Virus record (IMG/VR): IMGVR_UViG_3300033067_000182
Span: 1 to 28,601 of that record
Origin: a virus
Lineage: Duplodnaviria; Caudoviricetes
DNA: 28,601 nucleotides
Reading direction: 5' to 3' (one strand)
This document shows, in pieces, positions 16,858-24,652 of this stretch. Under the pieces are notes generated by a model, which was not told the origin of the DNA, did no database searches, and worked only from the letters and a program-made list of their open reading frames with translations. How positions within the stretch are numbered: position 1 is the stretch's first letter; every line of letters starts with the position of its first letter. The position numbers and the translations under genes were made by a program.

Positions 16858-16921
16858 CGGCCTTTCTGGCATTCATCCCGCTCGACAAATTCTGATGCCT
16901 ATGCTAGAATTAACATAGGAG
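16856..16921 (+). ncRNA. candidate cis-regulatory RNA / riboswitch-like leader of queD
   Basis: AGCGG 16856-16860 pairs with CCGCT 16878-16882; loop GGCAT 16868-16872 pairs with ATGCC 16895-16899; AATTCTG 16888-16894 pairs with TAGAATT 16905-16911; alternative CCTATG 16898-16903 with CATAGG 16914-16919 occludes the SD AGGAG. Confidence 0.55.
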
Positions 16922-16929
16922 AATATTCA

Positions 16930-17427
16930 ATGCAACCAGTACAATACAAATACACGAGTACCAAAGAGTACCATAATGCGTTTCCTGTCGCATATAGACA
17001 GTGGCGTGCAGACTCTCACTGCAACTTAATTCACGGTTATGCGTTTAGCATGAAGTTCTATTTTGGAACTAATGATCTAGACGTTCGCAATTGGGCAGCT
17101 GACTACGGTGGATTAAAAGAACTAAAGAAAACTCTTGAAGATCAATTTGACCATACATTGATCGTTGCACAAGATGATCCAGAGATGGAAACATTTAAGT
17201 TGCTACAAGAAAAGAACATGGCCAAGATTGTTGTGCTACCTGCACTAGGCTGCGAAGCACTGAGCGACATGTTATACAAGTACGTCAACGGCGTTTACAT
17301 TCCCGAGATGTGGGGTCCAGGCGAAGCAAGTCGTTTGTGGTGCTATCGTGTAGAAGTGCGCGAAACACAAAGTAACATGGCATATCGCGAAGGCCACCGC
17401 GAATGGAATGAAGACCTGTTTGCCTAA
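16930..17427 (+). CDS. queD: 6-carboxy-5,6,7,8-tetrahydropterin synthase (QueD/PTPS family)
   Basis: SHCNLIHGY (CxxxHG), DYGGLK, FDHT, GCEALS, VEVRET motifs; context with folE and queE. Confidence 0.9.
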   Translation: MQPVQYKYTSTKEYHNAFPVAYRQWRADSHCNLIHGYAFSMKFYFGTNDLDVRNWAADYGGLKELKKTLEDQFDHTLIVAQDDPEMETFKLLQEKNMAKIVVLPALGCEALSDMLYKYVNGVYIPEMWGPGEASRLWCYRVEVRETQSNMAYREGHREWNEDLFA

Positions 17428-17864
17428 TGTCTTACGTTGCAGCTTTCTTAATGTGGACGCTGGTACTATATAGTATCCACGTGGCCGCGCACCGTATTAC
17501 AGTGCTTAGAAAGCTGCATAAAGACCATCACGCATACATAAGAATTGCTAAAACCACACAATGGCATTGGTCTAACTTGGTGTTATTCAACGACACTTGG
17601 AAAAGCACAGCCGACTTATGGGTCACTGAAGTTATCCCGACTGTGCTGTTTTCTTATGTTACCGGGCACTGGTGGATTTCAGTTCTCTATTACTTGTGGG
17701 CTGCACTATTACAAGAAACACTAGAGCACAATCCGCATGCAAACTTTTACCCATTAACATTTGGTAAGTGGCATCTAATACACCACAAAAATTCAGCAAA
17801 GAATTTTGGACTCTTTATCCCTGTATGGGATATACTTTTTAAGACAGAAAGAAAAATCAGTTAA
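17427..17864 (+). CDS. membrane di-iron fatty acid hydroxylase / sterol desaturase family protein
   Basis: His boxes HVAAH, HKDHH, EH, HLIHH followed by NFG...WD.LF; hydrophobic segments. Confidence 0.8.
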   Translation: MSYVAAFLMWTLVLYSIHVAAHRITVLRKLHKDHHAYIRIAKTTQWHWSNLVLFNDTWKSTADLWVTEVIPTVLFSYVTGHWWISVLYYLWAALLQETLEHNPHANFYPLTFGKWHLIHHKNSAKNFGLFIPVWDILFKTERKIS

Positions 17865-19054
17865 TGACTAAAGCAGTAGCAGTTATCGGTGCCGGCATTG
17901 CCGGTATTACCACAGCATATTACTTGGCTAAAGAAGGTTACCGCGTAACCGTCTACGAACAGGAACGCTATCCTGCAATGAAGACTAGCTTTGCTAATGG
18001 TGGTCAAATCTCTGTTAGCAATAGTGAAGTTTGGACCACGTGGAGCAATGTTAAAAAAGGACTCACGTGGATGTTTAAGAAGGATGCACCGCTGTTGATT
18101 CGCCCACGTTTAGATTGGGCACAGTGGAAGTGGATTGCAAAATTCTTGTACTACACTGCTAAGGGTGTTTATAAAGAGAACACTGCCAAAACCGTAAAGA
18201 TGGGTTTGCGGAGCCGCGAACTGTATGAAGAAATTCGTCAGGAAGAAGGCATTTACTTTGATGCTAGCAAGTGCGGCATCCTGCATTTCTACAAAGACGA
18301 GCAGTACTGGTCCCGTGCCCAAGAAGCAAGATTTCTGTACAATCAAAATGGGCTAGAGCGTAACATGCTAGACGCTAACTTTCTTACGCACACTGACCCT
18401 GCACTAAAAGATATCAAAGGTGTTGTTGGTGCAACTTTAACTCCAAGTGACTGGACCGGTGACATTCATAGATTTTGCTACGAAATGACACAAGTGCTAA
18501 CCAACAAGTATAACGTTGAGTTCAAGTTTGATTCTACTGTTACTAGCAAGTACGGTGTCGAGTACATTGCAGATGTGTTTGATGCCGTAGTGATTGCTGC
18601 CGGTGTTGGTAGTGTTGAACTTGGTAAACAAGTTGGCGACAGTTTGCCAATCTATCCAGTTAAAGGTTACAGCATTACAATCAATAACGTTGATCCTGCA
18701 CATTTACCTCGGGTAAGTTTGTTAGACGACCAAGCCAAGATTGTTACTGCAAGTTTAGGCAATCGTTTCCGTGTTGCAGGTACCGCAGAGTTATGTGGCG
18801 AGAACTACGACATTACTCGATCTCGTATTCAACCTTTGTTGGATTGGGTGCATACAAACTTTCCTAACATCAACACACATGATTATAGTCAGTGGGCCTG
18901 TTTGCGTCCAATGACACCAAACATGATGCCAATTGTTGAGCAAAGCAAAAAGAACAAACGAGTATTTTACCACTGCGGACATGGCCATTTAGGTTGGACC
19001 TTGAGCCCTGCAACTGCTAAAATGCTAGTAGAAACTATTAAAGAGAAACTATGA
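17864..19054 (+). CDS. dadA: D-amino acid dehydrogenase-like FAD-dependent oxidoreductase (DAO family)
   Basis: VIGAGIAG dinucleotide motif, TSFANGGQIS, IYPVKGYSIT, RVAGTAE, WACLRPMTP, GHGHLGWTL. Confidence 0.85.
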   Translation: MTKAVAVIGAGIAGITTAYYLAKEGYRVTVYEQERYPAMKTSFANGGQISVSNSEVWTTWSNVKKGLTWMFKKDAPLLIRPRLDWAQWKWIAKFLYYTAKGVYKENTAKTVKMGLRSRELYEEIRQEEGIYFDASKCGILHFYKDEQYWSRAQEARFLYNQNGLERNMLDANFLTHTDPALKDIKGVVGATLTPSDWTGDIHRFCYEMTQVLTNKYNVEFKFDSTVTSKYGVEYIADVFDAVVIAAGVGSVELGKQVGDSLPIYPVKGYSITINNVDPAHLPRVSLLDDQAKIVTASLGNRFRVAGTAELCGENYDITRSRIQPLLDWVHTNFPNINTHDYSQWACLRPMTPNMMPIVEQSKKNKRVFYHCGHGHLGWTLSPATAKMLVETIKEKL

Positions 19055-19350
19055 CTCCGCAAGAACAAGAAATTATGGATATCCTGCAAGAAGAGTGCAG
19101 CGAAGTAATCCAAATGGTTAGTAAGTGTAGAAGATTTGGTCTAGACGAAACCCATATCAAAACTGGTGAGCGCAACAGAGACCTGCTCACTGGAGAAATC
19201 GGAGATGTACTTTGTATGATTGAATTGCTTCAAGAGCGTGGTGTTATCAATGCACCTAGCGTACAAGCTGCAATTCGCGCAAAACGAGAACGTCTAAAAC
19301 AATGGTCTAACATTTTCAAAGAAGATACTAATGAAATTAAAAGTAAGTGA
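19051..19350 (+). CDS. MazG-like nucleotide pyrophosphohydrolase
   Basis: EECSE ... EIGD (ExxE/ExxD) all-alpha NTP-PPase motifs in 99 aa. Confidence 0.75.
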   Translation: MTPQEQEIMDILQEECSEVIQMVSKCRRFGLDETHIKTGERNRDLLTGEIGDVLCMIELLQERGVINAPSVQAAIRAKRERLKQWSNIFKEDTNEIKSK

Positions 19351-20218
19351 ACTATTCTACTCTGCACAAGGCGAAGGTCGTTTTGTCGGCGTTCCATCGG
19401 TTTTCCTGCGTACATACGGATGTAATTTCACTTGCTCCGGTTTTGGTTGTGCGCCTGGTGAGAAGAGTGCGGAGGCAGACGAAGTGGCAAAGAATGTACA
19501 CCTGTACAAAGACTTTCTTAGCTTACCATTGGTTAACACCGGTTGCGATAGCTATGCAAGTTGGCACCCAGCCTTTAAGGATCTTAGCCCAATGAAAGAA
19601 ACAGCAAACTTAGTGGACGAAATGCTTGCACTCACTCCGCAAAATTGCTGGAGCATGAACAATAACAACGATGTTCATCTTGTTATTACAGGTGGCGAAC
19701 CATTGTTGGGATGGCAACGTGCATACGAAGAATTGTTGTCACACGATAAAATGAAGGATTTGCAAAATCTAACATTTGAAACAAATGGTACACAGAAACT
19801 GCAACCTAAGTTTAGACAATTCTTGCTAAACTGGACACTCAACGACAAATACAATTCAGCAGGTGTACGCCGCACTCCTAACGCACTCACATTTAGTGTA
19901 AGTCCTAAGTTAAGTGCTAGCGGTGAAACATGGGAAGATGCAATTCAACCCGAGATTGTTGCTAGCTACCAGGATATTGGCACTGTTTACTTGAAGTTTG
20001 TTGTTGACAGCGAAGCACACTTCACCGAAGTTGAACGTGCAGTGGCAGCGTATCAAGCAGCAGGCTTTACGGGTAAAGTATTCGTAATGCCACAGGGCGG
20101 TGTTGTTACTCCGTATGCAGAGAATCGTGTTAATGTTGCAAACTGGGCAATGGAACGTGGGTTTAACTATAGCCCACGCTTACACGTTGACTTGTGGGGC
20201 AACGGGTGGGGCAAATGA
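19331..20218 (+). CDS. queE: 7-carboxy-7-deazaguanine synthase (radical SAM)
   Basis: ELFYSAQGEG...GVPSVFLRTYGCNFTC, GCDS, VITGGEPL, FETNGT, SVSPKL, SPRLHV. Confidence 0.92.
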   Translation: MKLKVSELFYSAQGEGRFVGVPSVFLRTYGCNFTCSGFGCAPGEKSAEADEVAKNVHLYKDFLSLPLVNTGCDSYASWHPAFKDLSPMKETANLVDEMLALTPQNCWSMNNNNDVHLVITGGEPLLGWQRAYEELLSHDKMKDLQNLTFETNGTQKLQPKFRQFLLNWTLNDKYNSAGVRRTPNALTFSVSPKLSASGETWEDAIQPEIVASYQDIGTVYLKFVVDSEAHFTEVERAVAAYQAAGFTGKVFVMPQGGVVTPYAENRVNVANWAMERGFNYSPRLHVDLWGNGWGK

Positions 20219-20469
20219 AGGTACTGTATAGAAACACTGCTGGTCATTTTGACCCGCAAGTTAGTGCATACGACGAGTTCGACGACAAAGCAAAGTTTGA
20301 GTATGTCTACAGTGTCTGGCCACGTAGATGCCACACCACCGGGCAATGGTTGTTTATGACAGTGGCAATGCGTGGCCGCAGGGTTATTACAGGCCCCGGT
20401 GAGCCAGTTATTGAAGACCGATGGTACCACCGTAATGAAGCAATCATTAAGATGTTAAAAGGAAGTTAA
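20215..20469 (+). CDS. hypothetical protein, 84 aa
   Basis: ATGA overlap with the queE stop (ATG 20215). Confidence 0.65.
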   Translation: MKVLYRNTAGHFDPQVSAYDEFDDKAKFEYVYSVWPRRCHTTGQWLFMTVAMRGRRVITGPGEPVIEDRWYHRNEAIIKMLKGS

Positions 20470-20470
20470 T

Positions 20471-20956
20471 ATGGTAGCAAAGAAACCAGCGGCAGCTAAA
20501 AAGACTGTTGCAAAAAAGACAGTAGCTAAGAAAACTGTTGCAGCCAAGACAGTGGCAAAGAGACCGGCTGTTAAGAAGCCTGTAGAAAAGAAACCAGTAG
20601 CTAAGAAAACTGTTGCAGCAAAGCCAAAGCTAACAGTCAAAGCTAAGAGCGCAAAAGAGTTAGCAACTAAAAAAGGCGAGCCTTATGTTAGCATCCTTAG
20701 TGTTGAACTAGACGAAACCGACATTGGAAACGGTGCGTTTGAGCTAGATTGGAATGACATCTTTGTTGCAAAGCTGCTAAAGGCAGGATACAAAGGCAAG
20801 ACTGATGCGGATGTAGTCGACAACTGGTTTAAAACTATTTGCCGCAACATTCTCACTGAGGAATACGAACAGTGGGAAGCAAATCAACCCGAAGAAATGC
20901 GCCCTCGAGTAATTGATCGTCGGGACTTAGGCGACGGTAAAACGGAAGTGTCATGA
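20471..20956 (+). CDS. protein with a histone H1/Hc2-like Lys/Ala-rich N-terminal tail and an acidic globular C-terminal domain
   Basis: Repeated KKTVA/KKPVA pentapeptides over about 55 residues, then 'GEPYV...GAFELDWND.FV..L..AGY.G'. Confidence 0.8.
   Translation: MVAKKPAAAKKTVAKKTVAKKTVAAKTVAKRPAVKKPVEKKPVAKKTVAAKPKLTVKAKSAKELATKKGEPYVSILSVELDETDIGNGAFELDWNDIFVAKLLKAGYKGKTDADVVDNWFKTICRNILTEEYEQWEANQPEEMRPRVIDRRDLGDGKTEVS
20520..20619 (+). repeat. degenerate 15-bp coding tandem repeat containing an exact 25-bp direct repeat
   Basis: CAGTAGCTAAGAAAACTGTTGCAGC at 20520-20544 and 20595-20619. Confidence 0.85.
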
Positions 20957-21204
20957 AGTCCATTGAGCAACCAGAAACAGTTAAAGTATACCAGCTCATT
21001 AAGATGAGCGGTATGTACTTGTCTATGGGAGCCGGAGCTTCAACAGGAAGTATGGGCCTCGGTTTCTACCCAACGTTGCAAGAAGCCGAGCACAACCGCA
21101 CACTTGAGATTCTCAAAGACGTTGCTACCACCGGACCAAAAAATACATGGCACATCTTTGAACTAGAGTTTCCTAATCCTGCGTTACAAAATGATAGAAG
21201 TTGA
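20953..21204 (+). CDS. hypothetical protein, 83 aa
   Basis: ATGA coupling with the upstream gene. Confidence 0.7.
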   Translation: MKSIEQPETVKVYQLIKMSGMYLSMGAGASTGSMGLGFYPTLQEAEHNRTLEILKDVATTGPKNTWHIFELEFPNPALQNDRS

Positions 21205-21406
21205 GTTTGACTGCGAGTTCCAAAAGTTAGCGTACCTATGCGAAAAATATGTTGGACCACGCAAGTTCTATTTACACAACCGCATAGGCGGTGATGGCTG
21301 GGATGTGCGTCCAGTTCCCCTTGATAACCATCGATGGAAACAAGGTGCCAGAGCAAGATTCGATAATCCCCAGATGGCCACTTTCATAATGTTAAAAATC
21401 CAATGA
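21191..21406 (+). CDS. hypothetical protein, 71 aa
   Basis: Overlapping ATG ORF in the operon; C-terminal F-D...ATF.MLK pattern. Confidence 0.7.
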   Translation: MIEVEFDCEFQKLAYLCEKYVGPRKFYLHNRIGGDGWDVRPVPLDNHRWKQGARARFDNPQMATFIMLKIQ

Positions 21407-22149
21407 TAATTTACGTAAACGGCGACAGTCATAGTGCTGGCGCAGAGGCAAAACATTCTGCGGCATTTGCAGAAGATGATCCTAGGTACCGCGGGCTTAA
21501 ACGTATGCCCCACCCAGATAACCTTGAAGTCAGTTACGGGCGGCAACTTGCAAACCGGCTCGGTGCAAAGTTAGTATGCGATGCAGAATCAGCTAGCAGC
21601 AATGCACGGATTATACGAACTACCCTGGGGCATTTACTAAATGGCAGTAATGCAATTTCTAATAAACCGGATCTAGTAATTATCGGTTGGGCTACGTGGG
21701 AGCGTGAAGAATGGTGGGACGACGAAACCCAGACTCGTTGGCAAGTTAATGCCGGCGGCATCGGGCACGATTGGCCCGAGTCAATTAAATCCAAGTACAA
21801 GCAATGGGTAATTGATCAAATGGAGCCAGAAACTATTAATACCAAGCTGCAACAAATTCACGAAGTAATTTATCAGCTGCACAAGACCCTGGACACGCTC
21901 AAGATTCCGCATCTATTCTTCAATACATATCTGGACTTCTCACATCTGGATAATTTAGATGTGCCTAGACTGGATTGGGAAGGCAGCTACATTAATCCTT
22001 ACGATCCAGAATACACTTATTTCAATTGGTGTAAAAGCCACGGGTTTGAGACTGCAACTCCAACTAGCTACCATTTTAAAGCAGATGCACACGCAGCATG
22101 GGCTGATTTTCTATATGCACACTATGTCCAAAAGTTGTTGACTAGATAA
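21403..22149 (+). CDS. SGNH/GDSL hydrolase-like protein
   Basis: Block I 'YVNGDSHSAG', 'SSN.RI.R', 'DLVIIGW', C-terminal 'YHFKADAHAAWA'. Confidence 0.7.
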   Translation: MIIYVNGDSHSAGAEAKHSAAFAEDDPRYRGLKRMPHPDNLEVSYGRQLANRLGAKLVCDAESASSNARIIRTTLGHLLNGSNAISNKPDLVIIGWATWEREEWWDDETQTRWQVNAGGIGHDWPESIKSKYKQWVIDQMEPETINTKLQQIHEVIYQLHKTLDTLKIPHLFFNTYLDFSHLDNLDVPRLDWEGSYINPYDPEYTYFNWCKSHGFETATPTSYHFKADAHAAWADFLYAHYVQKLLTR

Positions 22150-22166
22150 TCAATAACTGCTATTAT
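22138..22166 (+). promoter_or_regulatory. sigma70-like promoter TTGACT-N17-TATTAT
   Basis: -35 22138-22143, -10 22161-22166, upstream of the nuclease gene. Confidence 0.6.
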
Positions 22167-22188
22167 TACTACTAATTTACAATTCTCT

Positions 22189-23178
22189 ATGAAATATCTA
22201 ATCGTTGACACTGCAAACACATTCTTTCGTGCCCGGCATGCGGCACACCGACAAAGCGACACATGGGATAAGCTAGGATTCGCTATCCATGTTACTTTGG
22301 CAAGTATTGCAAAAGCATGGCGCGAACAGCAAGCCGACCACGTTGTTTTTTGCCTTGAAGGACGCTCATGGCGCAAGGACTTTTATGCCCCGTATAAGAA
22401 AAACCGAGCAGTTGCAAGAGCAGCGCTCACCGAAACAGAGCAAGAAGAAGATAAACTGTTTTGGGAAACTTTTGACCAGTTCAAAGAGCTTGTCACGGAA
22501 AAGTCCAATTGTACTGTTCTCCGGCACGAAAACCTCGAAGCAGATGACTTGGTGGCAGGATGGATTCAAGCACACCCTAACGATGAACATGTGATTATCA
22601 GCACCGACAGTGACTTTCATCAACTGTTGGCCCCTAACGTCAAACAATACAATGGTGTTGCAGACGAACTACATACCCTAGAAGGAATTTTTGATGCAAA
22701 AGGTGCCCCAGTCAAAGATAAGAAAACTAAAGAACCCAAAACGATTCCGGACCCAAAGTGGATCCTCTTCGAAAAATGCATCCGCGGTGATGTGTCAGAC
22801 AACGTTTTCTCTGCATACCCTGGCGTCCGCGTTAAGGGGACTAAGAACAAAGTCGGGCTCCAGGAAGCGTTCGCCGACCGCGAAACTAAAGGCTTTAATT
22901 GGAACAATCTGATGCTCCAACGTTGGGTTGACCACAATGGTGTAGAACACAAGGTCCTGGATGACTATAACAGAAACGTTACTCTCATTGACTTGACTGC
23001 CCAACCCGAGCATGCTAAAATGTGGATTGCAGAAACTATTGCCACTAATGCAGTACCTAAAGACATTGCACAAATTGGCACAAAGTTCTTGAAGTTCTGC
23101 GGCAAGTATGAACTCAAGCGTGTTAGTGACAATCTCCAAAATTACGTAGACTTTCTTTCAAAGGCATATCCAAAATGA
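22189..23178 (+). CDS. rnh: T4 RNase H-like 5'-3' exonuclease / flap endonuclease
   Basis: LIVDTAN, SWRK..Y..YKKNR, EADD, STDSDFHQL, GDVSDNV: the FEN/5'-nuclease acidic motifs. Confidence 0.92.
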   Translation: MKYLIVDTANTFFRARHAAHRQSDTWDKLGFAIHVTLASIAKAWREQQADHVVFCLEGRSWRKDFYAPYKKNRAVARAALTETEQEEDKLFWETFDQFKELVTEKSNCTVLRHENLEADDLVAGWIQAHPNDEHVIISTDSDFHQLLAPNVKQYNGVADELHTLEGIFDAKGAPVKDKKTKEPKTIPDPKWILFEKCIRGDVSDNVFSAYPGVRVKGTKNKVGLQEAFADRETKGFNWNNLMLQRWVDHNGVEHKVLDDYNRNVTLIDLTAQPEHAKMWIAETIATNAVPKDIAQIGTKFLKFCGKYELKRVSDNLQNYVDFLSKAYPK

Positions 23179-23711
23179 TTACCCTACAGCAATTCCTTGA
23201 GGCAGGCCAATATCGCATCACCGAAGGCAGCACCTATGGCTGGCAATGCTACGGACCCAATGCATACAGCCTGGATGTGCAAGCAGGCGACTGGCAATCC
23301 AACAGCGCTCACATCGTGTTTGACCGTGTAACTCAAGAAGTATATCAAGTCACTTGCTACGATTATAAAAACGAACGTGCATATCGCTTGTTTGGCAACG
23401 ACGATGTTCGCCGCATGTGCGAAGCCGAAGCACTTGTCCGCGGTGTAGACAACCGTGAAGCATGGGAAGATGTTAACTATGTGGACCTCGAAGTTGAAGA
23501 GGACTTCTTGGAGAAGATGACTGCTATTATGCTAGAACAAGAGTACGATACTATGGTCAGTATTCCGCTGGACCTTGACAAAGAAACACTGCACGAATTG
23601 ATGTTGCGGGCACACAAAGAAAACATTACACTTAACCAAATGGTCGAGCGAGTGTTGCGTGTAGCCATTGATCGTGCCGAAGAAATTGTAGGAGTACAGG
23701 ATGGGGTTTAA
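23175..23711 (+). CDS. hypothetical protein with a C-terminal ribbon-helix-helix (HicB-like) domain
   Basis: 'SIPLDLDKETLHELMLRAHKENITLNQMVERVL' resembles HicB/CopG RHH domains. Confidence 0.65.
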   Translation: MITLQQFLEAGQYRITEGSTYGWQCYGPNAYSLDVQAGDWQSNSAHIVFDRVTQEVYQVTCYDYKNERAYRLFGNDDVRRMCEAEALVRGVDNREAWEDVNYVDLEVEEDFLEKMTAIMLEQEYDTMVSIPLDLDKETLHELMLRAHKENITLNQMVERVLRVAIDRAEEIVGVQDGV

Positions 23712-23931
23712 CGAAAAAGTAACTGACCTGGCACTGCAAGCTGGTGGCGCACACTATCCAGAAGTGAACCGTATGCAACTTGATGCATACACAAAACTGG
23801 TAATTAACGAGTGCCTACAAGCAATCGACGAAGCTGATCGCCGCCATGTGTATACCACATTTGACCAAGGACAATTCGAATCGTCGTTGGCAAGTGCAAA
23901 ACAAGCAATCAATGAAAGATTCGGACTATGA
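23701..23931 (+). CDS. hypothetical protein, 76 aa
   Basis: SD AGGAG, overlapping ATG ORF. Confidence 0.7.
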   Translation: MGFNEKVTDLALQAGGAHYPEVNRMQLDAYTKLVINECLQAIDEADRRHVYTTFDQGQFESSLASAKQAINERFGL

Positions 23932-24296
23932 TTACCGCTGCACTGTTCCTGCTGATCCTGTTGCAAATTAAACACTGGTACATCGACTTCGTTGACCAAA
24001 GCATGGACGAAGTCCATAGCAAAGGAAAATACGGAGAGTGGTTAGGTATTCGACATAGTCTTAAACACGGACTCGGGACCTACATTTGTGTTGCTGCACT
24101 AGTAGGGGCCGAGTATTTTGTATACGCATTAATTATTGCGCTAATTGACTCAGTGATACACTATCATACAGATTGGGCTAAGATGAACTGGGGCAATAGA
24201 GATATTCAAACCCCTGCATTCTGGAATCACCTTGGGTTAGACCAAATGGTTCACCAGATTACTTACATCCTTTTAGTGTATATGGTGTGTGCATGA
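23928..24296 (+). CDS. DUF3307-like membrane protein
   Basis: KHWYIDF..Q, HS..H, HYHTD..K, DQMVH motifs with TM helices. Confidence 0.75.
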   Translation: MITAALFLLILLQIKHWYIDFVDQSMDEVHSKGKYGEWLGIRHSLKHGLGTYICVAALVGAEYFVYALIIALIDSVIHYHTDWAKMNWGNRDIQTPAFWNHLGLDQMVHQITYILLVYMVCA

Positions 24297-24652
24297 TCGG
24301 CGGTATTGCTGGGGGATCAGGGATCGTCGTTGAAGGCGGCCATGCTGTTATGCCTTATATCCCAACCAATACTTCTAATCCCATGCAAGGTATGCTGCGA
24401 GTTAACGGGACCAACTTGGAAGTCTTTAACGGATCTTCTTGGACAATGTTGGGTACATCATACTCCACAGTATCATTGAATGGTGCAGCACAGTCCGCTA
24501 TCAACTGGGCACAACAGAAGATGCACGAAGAAGAAAACTTAAAGAAATTGGCAGCAAAACATCCTGCGGTTGCAGATGCAATGAACACAATTAACGAAGC
24601 CTACGATAGACTTAGAGTGGTCGTGGCCCTAACTGAAGAGGAAACAAAATGA
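24293..24652 (+). CDS. hypothetical protein, 119 aa
   Basis: ATGA overlap at 24293; beta-rich N-terminus, helical C-terminus. Confidence 0.7.
   Translation: MIGGIAGGSGIVVEGGHAVMPYIPTNTSNPMQGMLRVNGTNLEVFNGSSWTMLGTSYSTVSLNGAAQSAINWAQQKMHEEENLKKLAAKHPAVADAMNTINEAYDRLRVVVALTEEETK

Noticed and set aside
16856-16921. Firm call as a canonical preQ1-I, SAM-II or guanidine-III riboswitch, or as a terminator
   Set aside because: Resemblance is partial: no UUCG loop start or long A-tract (preQ1-I), no ACGAGG (guanidine-III), no U-tract (terminator). Kept only as a candidate.
17404-17427. QueD C-terminus WNEDLFA as another clamp-binding motif
   Set aside because: Only DLF matches, and a small-molecule enzyme has no clear need for clamp binding; too weak without conservation data.
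20490-20630. Repeat region as a CRISPR array or replication origin
   Set aside because: The repeats are in-frame, codon-degenerate units encoding Lys/Ala-rich peptide, with no unique spacers.
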